From a virus (taxonomy: Duplodnaviria > Caudoviricetes): a DNA stretch of 64,000 nt. The notes under the pieces were generated by a model that made no database searches, was not told the origin of the DNA, and saw nothing but the letters and a program-made list of their open reading frames with translations. Within the stretch, counting starts at the first letter, position 1. Each line of letters opens with the position of its first letter. A program made the translations under genes and the position numbers. Below are positions 1 through 10,102 of this stretch, piece by piece. The stretch lies in the IMG/VR virus record IMGVR_UViG_3300029288_000106, positions 1 through 64,000 of that record; one strand, written 5' to 3'.

Positions 1-135
1 AATCTTTAATGGGCAAGAATTTATTTTAACGTCCGTTGCGGCCAGCGTCACACCATCGACAACCGCAGGCTCAGGCCAGCCCATAGCCTCAGCAACCGCC
101 AACAAAACCAAAAACATAATCATTTTCTTAATCAT
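1..135 (-). CDS. Partial CDS (runs off window start), signal-peptide-bearing hypothetical protein
   Basis: Manual translation from ATG at 135: MIKKMIMFLVLLAVAEAMGWPEPAVVDG..., open to window edge. Confidence 0.6.
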   Translation of the reverse strand, partial: MIKKMIMFLVLLAVAEAMGWPEPAVVDGVTLAATDVKINSCPLKI

Positions 136-232
136 ATACCCATTCGTCCTTTCCGCCGAAAACAAATAAAAATACTCCAGAAGTAACCACACCTAAAATT
201 TTTAAAGCTAAAATCATTTTTTTAATCATCTT

Positions 233-1000
233 TTATCTTCCTATTAAAACATATCCGTTGGGCTTTGATTTTTTGTAAACAACTTCTAATTCTTCATCTG
301 ATAATGCTTTATTAAAAACCATAAAGTTGTCAAGCGAGCTTCCATCAGGTCTACTCAAGACTAAACTACCTTCACTTATATAATCAGCCATAACGCATTC
401 ATAAGGGTCAGAGGTGTCACTGCGTGTTAAATTAAATCCAACTTTTGAAATAACATCACTATCGTTTTGTTCAAATGTTGCCCAAGCCATAAACCAATGA
501 GTCATATCAGGCTCGGTATATGGTGCAGGTTCAGTTTCTGTCCAGCCACTTCCGTTTCTTAAGCCATTAGCTGAATAAAAACTCCAAACGCTACGCCAAG
601 AAGTATCTATACCAAAATTAACAAAATTATCAGTCCCAATAGGTGTGATGATATTTGTGGCTTGGCCGCTCCCCGGAATATCTGTTTCTTCTTTAACCCA
701 AACCACAATACTAAAATTAGCTTTAAAGGTATCTTCCAAGCCAGTAAGACAGTTGACATCAACCGTGCCATCAAAAGCAAATCCTTTACCAACTTTACCT
801 GCTGTCGATAATTGATTTGTGTTGACAGAAGCTGCACCGTTATAACCATTACCACTGCTGTCAAGCACAGTGGTATTGGGACAGTTATCCTCGAACTCAT
901 ACCAAAGTACGAGATTAGGTTCGATTTCTGACCAAGTAACGGCTAACAAAGGTTTACAGCCAACAAAAAACAGCATCAATATTATCAACAAGTTTTTCAT
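233..1000 (-). CDS. LamG/concanavalin-A-like jellyroll domain protein with N-terminal signal peptide
   Basis: LVLWYEFED..TTVLDSSGNGYNG, GKVGKGFAFDG, FSIVVWVK, LDNFMVFNKALSDEE are LamG_3-type motifs; hydrophobic N-terminus. Confidence 0.8.
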   Translation of the reverse strand: MKNLLIILMLFFVGCKPLLAVTWSEIEPNLVLWYEFEDNCPNTTVLDSSGNGYNGAASVNTNQLSTAGKVGKGFAFDGTVDVNCLTGLEDTFKANFSIVVWVKEETDIPGSGQATNIITPIGTDNFVNFGIDTSWRSVWSFYSANGLRNGSGWTETEPAPYTEPDMTHWFMAWATFEQNDSDVISKVGFNLTRSDTSDPYECVMADYISEGSLVLSRPDGSSLDNFMVFNKALSDEELEVVYKKSKPNGYVLIGR

Positions 1001-1001
1001 T

Positions 1002-1736
1002 TTATACAGTTCCGGTTAGAGGAGTAGAAGCTAGTTTAACCGCTTTTGCTTCTGTACATTTCTTACATAACTCTGATTCTTTCGGTTTTACCCTACCACA
1101 AGCACATTTTGAAAGTACTCTCTTCGAATTAGTAACAGAAGGATTACTAGTATTGACAGAAGAACTCTTATTATCCTCTTTATTAATATTTTCTTCTTCT
1201 GAAGTTTGGTTTTTCTGAAGAACTTCAGCTACTGTAATTTCTGTACCACATTTTGGGCAGAAATAGTATTCAATTTTAGCTGCATCGGTTGTTATTATCA
1301 TTCGCTGGCCATCTTTAGGGCAAATCATAATATTATTTGGTCCTATTTCTTGATTATTTATCTTGTTTTCAGGCAATCTAACTACACCTAATCCTTCTTT
1401 CTGAGTAATAGCTGGCGCCTGTGTATTTTTAATCTGATTTATCTTTCCACCTGAATTTACAGGAACTTGATTTTGTTTTGGTATAGAATTAATTTTCACT
1501 GGTCCTGGTTTAGTTCCAGCTGGTACCTCAACAAACACCCCAGATACTAGATGATTTCTAAACTCCTGTTCACTCGAAAACTTCAATGTTCCAACCTCTC
1601 CTCTATTAAATTGTTTTGAATCAACTCCTGTACTAACTCTAACGTCTCTTGTGGCCTGAATTGTTTTTTGAACTTGCATGTGTTCTGCCCTTTCTTTCTC
1701 TTTTTGATTTTCAATAACTCTTTCTTTCTTTAACAT
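1002..1736 (-). CDS. Hypothetical protein with zinc ribbons
   Basis: CPKD..CPKC and CAC..CKKC cysteine pairs. Confidence 0.6.
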   Translation of the reverse strand: MLKKERVIENQKEKERAEHMQVQKTIQATRDVRVSTGVDSKQFNRGEVGTLKFSSEQEFRNHLVSGVFVEVPAGTKPGPVKINSIPKQNQVPVNSGGKINQIKNTQAPAITQKEGLGVVRLPENKINNQEIGPNNIMICPKDGQRMIITTDAAKIEYYFCPKCGTEITVAEVLQKNQTSEEENINKEDNKSSSVNTSNPSVTNSKRVLSKCACGRVKPKESELCKKCTEAKAVKLASTPLTGTV

Positions 1737-1748
1737 TTTCTTTAACTA

Positions 1749-1779
1749 AAGGTGTGGAGTGTTTGCCGCTCCACACCTT
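1749..1779 (-). terminator. Hairpin/probable intrinsic terminator after major capsid gene
   Basis: 11-bp inverted repeat AAGGTGTGGAG / CTCCACACCTT 30 nt downstream of the capsid stop. Confidence 0.65.
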
Positions 1780-1809
1780 ATACTCTACTCAACAACAAGC
1801 AGCAAAAAA

Positions 1810-3369
1810 TTACACGTTAGTAACTTGACCGTGACAATACATACCTGGATTGATAATCTTAAATCCAGCTGAACTCATAAAGCCTTTCTGGGCCATCAAA
1901 TCCGAAGTCACTAAAGTCGGGGTTGTATAAAGTGGAATGTATGGAGCATAAATAGCACCAGCCATCAAGAAATTATCCCCTTTATAACCCAAGATATATC
2001 TGTTCGAACCACTAACACTGGTACCACTAATTTTACGTGTTCTCAAGAACGGATCCATAATAACAGCTCGTCCATTGAGATCACCGATCTTCACAGGCCC
2101 GGTAACAGTCATTTTGTTCAAGCCAGATACTTCTTTAAATTGACTATGCTGACGAATCACTTTAGCAACATTCATACCAGCAAGTATAAACGTCGCAGCA
2201 CCACGTAATGTAGCGGTAATAATATTATTATTACCTTCTTCAATGTACTTCGTGAATTCTTCTTTCTTCCAAATCCACGGTTCACCTGCACTCGGAGTAC
2301 CATCCCAAGTCGTAACTGCTGTGGCTGGATCTACTGTAGCACCTTCAATTGTTGCACCATCTGTCGAAGCTTGATCAACAAGATCAATACCGTAATGATC
2401 AATAGTCCAACGCACTTCTGAGCCAAGAAACTTCACTAATTCCGACTCGAGATCCATACCATGGGCTTTCAAAAGATCCATTGCAGCACCAATTGAATAC
2501 TTTGTACGAACTGGAAAATCTATCGCTTCCAAAGTATCTTGTGATACATCAATATCAATTTCAGGAACACCCGATGGATTGTTATAAGCATCAACTGGAA
2601 GATCATACTGATAGCTATAATCAACTGTTACGCCATCACTATCAAAAGCTTCGCCAGCATCTGGAGTAATAGTTAATACACCAGCAGCGGTTACTGTACC
2701 AGAACACCCACCTTGAACAGCTGAGCCTAATGTTGTAAGTACACCAGCTGAACATGTATTAAGTGCATCGCCGGCACTGTTTCGAACAATAACTGTATTA
2801 ATATCGACGCCAGGAGCAAATCGAAGCGAATACGATACTGCACCTGTAGCGCCTGCTGCTCCAGTTACTGTTTCTTCTCGAACTGCAGCCATTGTATACC
2901 GACGACCAGCTAATGTTCTATCATGACCAGTACGAGCATCTAACATATTCGTACCAGACGAGATAGCACCTTTATCTGTACCATACAATACATCCAGATA
3001 AAATACTGCGGCTGTTCGTCTATCCATTGCCTGCATAATCATAATCTCATTTAGTATGAGACTAGGAATTAGCGAGGCAATGATTGGAAGTTGTACCCCC
3101 AAAAAGTCAATGTTGTCTTCAGTTGTTGCCTCGAGAATTCTCCTTCTCTTAGCTTGCTTACTTTGCATAACAGCTGAAATTGTAGCATTTTGACAACACT
3201 GGGCAATTGTTCGAGCTTCATGAATTGTAAGTTCACGATTCTGCGTCTTCTTAATATGCTCGTTTATCCCTTTAATAAACGGAGCCCACGTCTTAAACAG
3301 ACGGTCTTGTTGCATTTCTAATTCCCGCAGCTGATTTCGAGCCAGCTGCTCCAATAATTCTACCTTCAT
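1810..3369 (-). CDS. Major capsid protein, T4 gp23-like
   Basis: C-terminal YILGYKG..AGAIYAPYIPL matches the gp23 signature; KYSIGAAMDLLKAHGMDLESEL; AGGAG RBS favours start 3369 (MKVELL). Confidence 0.92.
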   Translation of the reverse strand: MKVELLEQLARNQLRELEMQQDRLFKTWAPFIKGINEHIKKTQNRELTIHEARTIAQCCQNATISAVMQSKQAKRRRILEATTEDNIDFLGVQLPIIASLIPSLILNEIMIMQAMDRRTAAVFYLDVLYGTDKGAISSGTNMLDARTGHDRTLAGRRYTMAAVREETVTGAAGATGAVSYSLRFAPGVDINTVIVRNSAGDALNTCSAGVLTTLGSAVQGGCSGTVTAAGVLTITPDAGEAFDSDGVTVDYSYQYDLPVDAYNNPSGVPEIDIDVSQDTLEAIDFPVRTKYSIGAAMDLLKAHGMDLESELVKFLGSEVRWTIDHYGIDLVDQASTDGATIEGATVDPATAVTTWDGTPSAGEPWIWKKEEFTKYIEEGNNNIITATLRGAATFILAGMNVAKVIRQHSQFKEVSGLNKMTVTGPVKIGDLNGRAVIMDPFLRTRKISGTSVSGSNRYILGYKGDNFLMAGAIYAPYIPLYTTPTLVTSDLMAQKGFMSSAGFKIINPGMYCHGQVTNV

Positions 3370-3382
3370 TGAAATTCTCCTT

Positions 3383-6208
3383 TTAGTGGCGCATACCACT
3401 TGCTACTACTGAAATCACTTCGTTTACTGCAGTCTGCATTTCATCAGCTGCACCCACAATTGTTTCTTGCTCGACCTTTATTTCGTTTACTTGGTCAGGA
3501 CGAAGTGCGCCCCGTCTGAAGGCTTCTCTGATATCATCGAAGACTTCATCTACTTCTCCAGTAGTACTACATTTCTCAAGAAGTGCTTGAGAATTTCGAG
3601 GAAGAGTTAAACCCGACATCTTAACTTTCAAACCTACATAAGCTTCAACAAGTTTTTTGTTACTTGCTGTTTCTATTTTCTTCTTCTCTTCTATTAGTCT
3701 TGTATTGACTTGGCTATTAATCTCCTTCTTAATCCGAATTACTTCGTTGCTCTTGCTTTCTACAAGCTTGGTATGAGTAGATTTCATTTCGTTAATTTGC
3801 TTTGTCCTGTCTTCCACAACTTTACGAAGAGCTACAATTGTTGAATTAGCTCCTTTCAAAGCTTCTGCTTTTTCTGAAAGTATATTTATTTGCATTTCAA
3901 AATTGGCTCTCTGTTCTTTTAATTGCTTCTTCTGCTCTTCAATCAACTCGAGAGCCTTATCCCGCTCTGATCTAACCGAAGCTTCGTTAACCTTTAACTG
4001 CCTTATTTTCTTTATATTCTCTCTAATACTTGTATTCTCTTGAAGCAATTGTTTGTTAAACACTGTAGCTAATTCTTGTTTCTTATCTTCAGGCACGCTT
4101 TCTATAAACTTCGTAAGATGGTCAACTAGATCAGCATATGACTCGAAGACTGGAAGTTTGGAAGTAGCTGAAGCTAGATCCACATCAGTATAAGCATTTA
4201 CTGTCATCTCACAATCATCTTCATCAAATTTAATAGAAAGGAAAGATGTATTGTCTTTACTTGTAGCAACAACAGCAGCTTGTGCCCCAGTTTTCCATAT
4301 TTTCTTATTATCTCCTGATACAATATCATGAGTAATTATAACTTTGTCTCCTTCTTTAAAAGGATTATCTTTTCTAAGAACTTTTAAATCTCCTTCTTTA
4401 AGCTTCGACTCCTCAACTTTTACATTCTGTTTACCTACAACAAGCCTTTGTCCTATCAACGCAGAAAGTAATTTAGAATTTACTTCTCCATTTTCTTGAT
4501 ACTCAACCTCTCCTTCAAGTCCTGAACTTATAAGCTCAAGTATTTCCGATTCGTTTGTTATCCAATTTTTGTTATTCTCATAACGAGCTTTGGTAACTGT
4601 CTTAACTTCTTTAATTTTTAATTTACTCTCATCTATATTAGATAAATCTTCTGGAAGTGTATTATATCCATCAAATTTATCAGAATTTACTATCTTAGTA
4701 ATTTTATCAACCTCTTCAGAATCAAGTTTTTGCTTACTAACAACAATTACGATTACATCAGAACCATACATTTTATCTGACGATTCAAGTCTATACGCAT
4801 GAACAAAACCTTCTTTACTTTTATCTAAAACCAGTTGAGGAAGATCGCATTCATTCTCAAATGATTCTGCCACAAATGCAATCTCTTTACCATTTATTTT
4901 CCAAATATTAGAATTATAATCCTCTTTAAGCTTCGATTCTTTAATTAATTTCATTTCTTCTGAAGTAGCTTTTCTAATCTTTTTAAGCTTATCTATCCAA
5001 AATTCATCTTCATTTCTTGAAACCAAATGCTTAACAAAAACATTAGCCCTATCACTAGATTTATCATCAATACCAGCTACAATCCACTCACCACCAAGGT
5101 CTGCCTCAGAAGCAGCTCCAGCAACACTTACTATATCACCAACAGATATATGTATAAGCGATTCTTCAACCTCGTCTTTCTTCTCTTCCTCATCTGTAAT
5201 TGCTGGCATACCTTCGCCTGTATTTCCAGCTTTATCCATATCTTCAGCCGGTGTATCATCAATCTTAGGTTCTATTTCTGTTTCAGCAGGAACAGGAGTT
5301 GGTTCAGGAACTGGTACTGGTTCTGGGTTACCCTTAGCTACGGTAATAGCTTCTGGAGAAACAGCAATCAAAGTACCATCACCAAGTGTGATAGTTGCGT
5401 TTATATCATTACACTCTTTGATTGTACCTTCAATCTTAGTTGCTGCAAGATATCTACTAGCTTTTCCTACAACACTATAATCTCCTTCTTTAACTACTAC
5501 CCTATCTCCAGCTTTAAATTGTTTCTTCTCAACAGCCTCAAGTAATGCTGTTGCAAATTGCTTTTCACTCTTATTGAGTTTGCCACTTTGTAATTCTTCG
5601 CGTAATTCTCTAACTAGATTTGGCCCAGCCTTCGCTGGCTTTGTTCCATACGTCGATGGGTCAGCTGTAAAATCAGTTGTAACATAAGCATATGAATCAG
5701 GAATAACACGCTGATAAGGTGCTATATCTCCTTCTGTAACTTCTTCTAAATCACCTTCTGCTCTGGTAGATACACCAACTTGACAACCTGCTTCAATTAG
5801 TGTATTAATAATCCTACCACAAGGCGTATCTAGAATATCAATATTCTGGAAGAATACCTTATCTCCTTCTTTAATCCCTGGTATGCCCTCAAACAACTGA
5901 TCTCCTTGTTTATATTCTCTAATAAACGAATCAGTAATTATATGAGACGTTAACTGCAAATCAGATTGTGTCTTATCAGGATGCTCTGCTTGGCCAAAAA
6001 GTGTCCTGGCTTTCATCTTTTCAGCAATAAGCTGATTGCCGATTACCTTTCTCGTCCATACTTCTTCTTCGTACATACGTTTATTGGCATTAAGTTTACC
6101 AATATTACACACTGGCCATACTCCTCTATAAAGTACACCAGCTGGTAATTTAGAACGATCCGATTCAATAACTCGTCCTCTTGTAATTAGTGTTTCGATA
6201 AGTCGCAT
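3383..6208 (-). CDS. Prohead protease (T4 gp21/S77-like) fused to inserted domains and a C-terminal coiled-coil scaffold
   Basis: NANKRMY, GQAEHP, DTPCGRII..LIEAGCQVGVSTRAEG protease motifs; C-terminal coiled coil; lies directly upstream of MCP. Confidence 0.85.
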   Translation of the reverse strand: MRLIETLITRGRVIESDRSKLPAGVLYRGVWPVCNIGKLNANKRMYEEEVWTRKVIGNQLIAEKMKARTLFGQAEHPDKTQSDLQLTSHIITDSFIREYKQGDQLFEGIPGIKEGDKVFFQNIDILDTPCGRIINTLIEAGCQVGVSTRAEGDLEEVTEGDIAPYQRVIPDSYAYVTTDFTADPSTYGTKPAKAGPNLVRELREELQSGKLNKSEKQFATALLEAVEKKQFKAGDRVVVKEGDYSVVGKASRYLAATKIEGTIKECNDINATITLGDGTLIAVSPEAITVAKGNPEPVPVPEPTPVPAETEIEPKIDDTPAEDMDKAGNTGEGMPAITDEEEKKDEVEESLIHISVGDIVSVAGAASEADLGGEWIVAGIDDKSSDRANVFVKHLVSRNEDEFWIDKLKKIRKATSEEMKLIKESKLKEDYNSNIWKINGKEIAFVAESFENECDLPQLVLDKSKEGFVHAYRLESSDKMYGSDVIVIVVSKQKLDSEEVDKITKIVNSDKFDGYNTLPEDLSNIDESKLKIKEVKTVTKARYENNKNWITNESEILELISSGLEGEVEYQENGEVNSKLLSALIGQRLVVGKQNVKVEESKLKEGDLKVLRKDNPFKEGDKVIITHDIVSGDNKKIWKTGAQAAVVATSKDNTSFLSIKFDEDDCEMTVNAYTDVDLASATSKLPVFESYADLVDHLTKFIESVPEDKKQELATVFNKQLLQENTSIRENIKKIRQLKVNEASVRSERDKALELIEEQKKQLKEQRANFEMQINILSEKAEALKGANSTIVALRKVVEDRTKQINEMKSTHTKLVESKSNEVIRIKKEINSQVNTRLIEEKKKIETASNKKLVEAYVGLKVKMSGLTLPRNSQALLEKCSTTGEVDEVFDDIREAFRRGALRPDQVNEIKVEQETIVGAADEMQTAVNEVISVVASGMRH

Positions 6209-6261
6209 CTGATCTATCTCCTATAAGTTACTGTTATATACAGATTCTGTTTATTTCTGTA

Positions 6262-8349
6262 TTACTTCTGTATTTGTTTACTATCACTAACTTCTTTATC
6301 AACTACCTTTGCTTTTGTAGCTAATACCTCGAATTGTTCGTCGTCTATATTTGCTAAAACATCAAGAGCTAATTCTCTCAATACATCTTCTGTTATCTTT
6401 CCATCTTTTCGATAAGCTGTTAGGAAAGCATTATTTAGTTTAAAGTCTTTACCACTTATACTAATCGTTGCATCTCCACCTGTCTCGTCAAGTAAATGTA
6501 CATCAAATTCTCGACGATCAAGTGTAACTTTTACCTCATGCAGTTGTTTACTTTCAACTGGAGCTGCTACTGGCTCTTCATCTTCAACTGGTGCAAATTC
6601 ATCTTCTGTGTTGTCTACACCAATACTTTCTTCCTCCTCTTCTTGTTTGAGTTCTTCAATCTTCGGTGCAATGAATTGAATGAATATATCGAACGATATC
6701 ATCTCAACTTCTAACTTCTTCACTGCTTCAAGTATAAAATCATATACTTCCTCACCTTGTGCCTCAACATCTTTCGATGTCAATACAACTTTACCTTCAG
6801 CATCAATTATTTCAAATCCAGTCTTACTACCTTCTTCCTCTCCACCTGCTGGTTGAATGTAGTAGAACTTATCATTCTTTTTACCAAAAAACATTTTATC
6901 TGTTAGTCTTGGTATACCTTCATCCTCTTCTTCATCTATACCTGGATCTGGATCTAGTTCTTCTTCTGGTGGGAGTTCTTCATCTGCTGGTATGTCATCA
7001 AATGGTTGTTCTTCTTCTTTCTCATCACCAAGAGGTTCAAAATCTACTTCGTCTTCTTGCTCGTCGTCTGCTTCGCGAAGCTTTCGTTCATCAAGTCCAA
7101 GAGATTCACCCAGTAGCTTTTCAAGAAATTCAACTTCCCTTTCCGACCACCGTCCAACCCTAGACATCCTTCCACCTACAGCTTTGGCAAGCTCTTCTTT
7201 TGAAAATTTCTTTAGCACTTTTTGAACAAATTCAGTAACACTATCTTCCCAACACATTCCCCAATCATCAGCATCCTCAATCAAGTCTGCAATCAATCTA
7301 GCACAATCATCTGCACTTGTTAAAGCCCATTCATCATCGTCTGCTTCGCGAAGCTTTGAAGCAATTTTTTTCTCTGTAGCTTCAAATAACTTCTTTAGCT
7401 CCCTCTCAATCAACGACCCACCAAATCTTGTATTAATAAACTTTAACAAGTATTCTTTGTCTTTGCCAGCTCTACCTCGTTCAAACAACTGTCGAATAGA
7501 TAATCCAGCGTAAGGAATAACTCTACCATCATCAAATTTAGCTTCGCTTTCAATTAGCTTTTTAATCTGTGTCTCTTCGTTGTCTTTAGACCAGTCTGGT
7601 ATGATGCTTTCTCCGACAGTATTTTGATAAAGAAGTGGCTTTTTTGATTTAAGCTGCTCTAATCCTACACTCTCTGCTTCTTCAGCTGTATCAAATTCAT
7701 CACTCTTAAATATTTGAAACATTCCATTCATAACCTGTAAATAGAATTTTTCATTTTTTCCTTTAACAATATCATATCCTTTTCGATATACACCAAATGG
7801 TAAATAATCAGATTCTCCACCTTTTACTATTTCATCTTCCACCAACTTCTTTATCTGTGTCTCTTCGTTATCTTTAGACCAGTCTGGTATGATGCTTTCG
7901 TTAATCTTAAACCTCAAGATCTTACCAAAGCCTGGTGCAACAATATGCCCTTCTTTTAGACCAAGCTTATTAATTGCTACACTCTTTGCAGCTATGCCTT
8001 TACCTACTTTAACCCGAAGCTGTTCTCTTAGTGCAACGATAGGATAAGATCGACCATTCCCTACAACCACATACTTAGCTTCTCTGATTGATTTAAGCTT
8101 CTTCAAATGAGCATAAAAAGCTTCTTTTACTTTTTTCTTCTTGCCTTTTGATTTAGTTGAAGCTTTACAATTCTGGAAAGGCCAATGCCTCGATCCACAT
8201 TTCTTGCACTTCGGTGCCGTCTTCTCATTTAAGTTTCTTGTAGCATATTGTTGATCTATAATAAGCATTTCAGCTGCAGCTTCCTCATTCATCTGCTGCA
8301 AGTCGCTAAAGTTCTTATTTTTTAGTAAAGCATTTAGAATATCCATCAA
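6262..8349 (-). CDS. Acidic putative internal head/core protein with internal repeats
   Basis: Glu/Asp-rich; many [LIV]xE motifs; ESIIPDWSKDNEETQIKKL x2 and KLREADD x2; located in head module. Confidence 0.6.
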   Translation of the reverse strand: MMDILNALLKNKNFSDLQQMNEEAAAEMLIIDQQYATRNLNEKTAPKCKKCGSRHWPFQNCKASTKSKGKKKKVKEAFYAHLKKLKSIREAKYVVVGNGRSYPIVALREQLRVKVGKGIAAKSVAINKLGLKEGHIVAPGFGKILRFKINESIIPDWSKDNEETQIKKLVEDEIVKGGESDYLPFGVYRKGYDIVKGKNEKFYLQVMNGMFQIFKSDEFDTAEEAESVGLEQLKSKKPLLYQNTVGESIIPDWSKDNEETQIKKLIESEAKFDDGRVIPYAGLSIRQLFERGRAGKDKEYLLKFINTRFGGSLIERELKKLFEATEKKIASKLREADDDEWALTSADDCARLIADLIEDADDWGMCWEDSVTEFVQKVLKKFSKEELAKAVGGRMSRVGRWSEREVEFLEKLLGESLGLDERKLREADDEQEDEVDFEPLGDEKEEEQPFDDIPADEELPPEEELDPDPGIDEEEDEGIPRLTDKMFFGKKNDKFYYIQPAGGEEEGSKTGFEIIDAEGKVVLTSKDVEAQGEEVYDFILEAVKKLEVEMISFDIFIQFIAPKIEELKQEEEEESIGVDNTEDEFAPVEDEEPVAAPVESKQLHEVKVTLDRREFDVHLLDETGGDATISISGKDFKLNNAFLTAYRKDGKITEDVLRELALDVLANIDDEQFEVLATKAKVVDKEVSDSKQIQK
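7064..7357. repeat. 21-bp perfect direct repeat pair (7064-7084, 7337-7357) encoding KLREAD
   Basis: TCGTCTGCTTCGCGAAGCTTT seen twice. Confidence 0.85.
7565..7899. repeat. 47-bp direct repeat pair (7565-7611, 7853-7899) encoding ESIIPDWSKDNEETQI
   Basis: One mismatch between copies. Confidence 0.85.
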
Positions 8350-8363
8350 TTATCCTTTCTATT

Positions 8364-8777
8364 TCAATTTGCTTGATAACTACTATCGGATTGATTATCA
8401 GTAGATACTTTACGTTCTACCGTTGTCTCTTGTCTTTCTACTTTTTCTTTTCGTTTTCCTGACCATTCCCCATACACTAATAACATCCAGCATATAAAAG
8501 CAATAATAGCCCAACTTACTACCTTTTCTAATAAACTCAATCCAAATTCCCGCCAAGTCTGAAGTTGTTTTTTACACAACTCTAAAAATTTTATTCTACT
8601 AATCAATCCTTTTTCTTCGTCATATAATATATCTTCAATTTTTTCTGTTTTTTCTCTATGATTCAAACAAATTTGCTCTAAACCACTCTTCCACAATAAG
8701 AGTTTATCTACTCCCGTTTTAATTTCAGTTGTTGTTTGCTCAATTGATTCTATTCGAGTCAATAACGACATCTTCAT
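8364..8777 (-). CDS. Coiled-coil protein with one transmembrane helix (holin-like)
   Basis: TM segment VVSWAIIAFICWMLLVYG; AGGAG RBS before ATG at 8777. Confidence 0.5.
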   Translation of the reverse strand: MKMSLLTRIESIEQTTTEIKTGVDKLLLWKSGLEQICLNHREKTEKIEDILYDEEKGLISRIKFLELCKKQLQTWREFGLSLLEKVVSWAIIAFICWMLLVYGEWSGKRKEKVERQETTVERKVSTDNQSDSSYQAN

Positions 8778-9167
8778 CTCTCCTTTGCAAGTCAAGAACA
8801 TCGGCCGTTAAACATTCAATATTTTGAAACACTAGAGGAAGAAGAAGCTTATATTCTGTTCTTCCTTGTTCTATTTCAATAACAGCATGAGTACCTAGAC
8901 TAACCAAGCCTTTAATCGAGTAATAGAATTATCTTTTTCTTTTTTTGTTAATTGAAAAAGCGTTTTATAAACCGGTTTGCCTTTAAGTGATTGAATTAAT
9001 TTCTTCATCAATCCTTCTTGAGTAGGCAAGCGTCTAAATATATTCATAACTTTTATATAGTCTTCTTGTTTAAAAAACACCCAAGCTTTATCTATGTCTT
9101 TCTGATACTTTGTATGCTTAAGATGCTTTTCAGTGTCAACAAGTTTTGTAAATAATTCTTGGTTCAT
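8740..9167 (-). CDS. Hypothetical protein, apparently split by a 1-nt frameshift near 8911
   Basis: ORF 8895-9167 stops, but the -1 frame continues ...KGLVSLGTHAVIEIEQGRTEY... to TGA at 8740. Confidence 0.5.
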
Positions 9168-9466
9168 CTGATTAAGCTCTTTGCTATATCTGATAAAAAC
9201 TCCATATCAATTCCTTCAACTACATGTTCAACTAATCGAGCCTTCTCTTCGCTATCCATCTCTAGATCATTTATACTATTCTGTACTACTTGATCAAACG
9301 CTTCGTCTAAATTACTAGTACTTTTACTATCATCAGCAGTAGATCTTTTGTTCTCCTGCGTGCTCCTTTGTTCTTGAATAGGTGCCACATGCTTGTCTGG
9401 TTGATTACTAGCTACAAACTGACTTATCATACGATCTCGTACTTGATCTACACTAGCCATCTTCAA
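9164..9466 (-). CDS. Hypothetical protein (head module)
   Basis: ORF overlapping its neighbours; acidic. Confidence 0.55.
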   Translation of the reverse strand: MKMASVDQVRDRMISQFVASNQPDKHVAPIQEQRSTQENKRSTADDSKSTSNLDEAFDQVVQNSINDLEMDSEEKARLVEHVVEGIDMEFLSDIAKSLIR

Positions 9467-9797
9467 GCCCTATACTAGAATTATTTTCTACCATAGCTTG
9501 TGCTTCAATTATAGGAAATCCATTCCATACTTCTAATTTATTCATACATCCTTCTATTGCTACATACTCTGGTATATCAGGAGATATGATCAAAAACAAA
9601 AAATATCGTTGACCATCTATAACTGTATATTCTACATCTTTAATCACAACACTTCTAATACCATGGGTAAAACATAAAGTGAAAGGCTTCTTGAAATCAA
9701 CAGTATTACTAGCTAAAAACTGTTCAATTGCTTCAGCTCGAACCCGAAGCCAAGCAGTTACTTTTGGTCCTAATATTTGACTTACATCTACATCCAT
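9453..9797 (-). CDS. Hypothetical protein
   Basis: ORF in tightly packed operon. Confidence 0.55.
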   Translation of the reverse strand: MDVDVSQILGPKVTAWLRVRAEAIEQFLASNTVDFKKPFTLCFTHGIRSVVIKDVEYTVIDGQRYFLFLIISPDIPEYVAIEGCMNKLEVWNGFPIIEAQAMVENNSSIGLEDG

Positions 9798-10102
9798 TTT
9801 ACTTTACCAATCGACTCTTCAATCTTACCTGATTGTATAAGTGTTATATACTTTCTGGCCCACTGTCTATCAAATTCTTTCATCTCTTCTGTCAACTCTT
9901 CGTATGGTTTAAAGCATTCTTCTTTCCAACGATCTGCCCGTTCTTTGCTTATTGTTTCTGTTTCAAGTATATCTTTCGCCCACTTCATCCACTGATCATG
10001 AGCCAAAGCTGCTACTTTTTCTACAAGTGGATCTTTTTCTTCAACTGGAATTTCATCTTCTTCGTTAACTATAGATAACATTTTTTCTAGTAGTTCTATC
10101 AT
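9788..10102 (-). CDS. Hypothetical protein with leader MIELLEKMLSIVNE; RyR-like AHDQW..PYEELTEEMKEFDR segment
   Basis: Motif read from translation; leader duplicated upstream of the LRR gene. Confidence 0.55.
   Translation of the reverse strand: MIELLEKMLSIVNEEDEIPVEEKDPLVEKVAALAHDQWMKWAKDILETETISKERADRWKEECFKPYEELTEEMKEFDRQWARKYITLIQSGKIEESIGKVKWM

Noticed and set aside
9354-9368. Fifth copy of the palindromic element (CTCCTGCGTGCTCCT)
   Set aside because: Inside a coding region and lacks the upstream GTATTAA/GATCATT part; probably chance.
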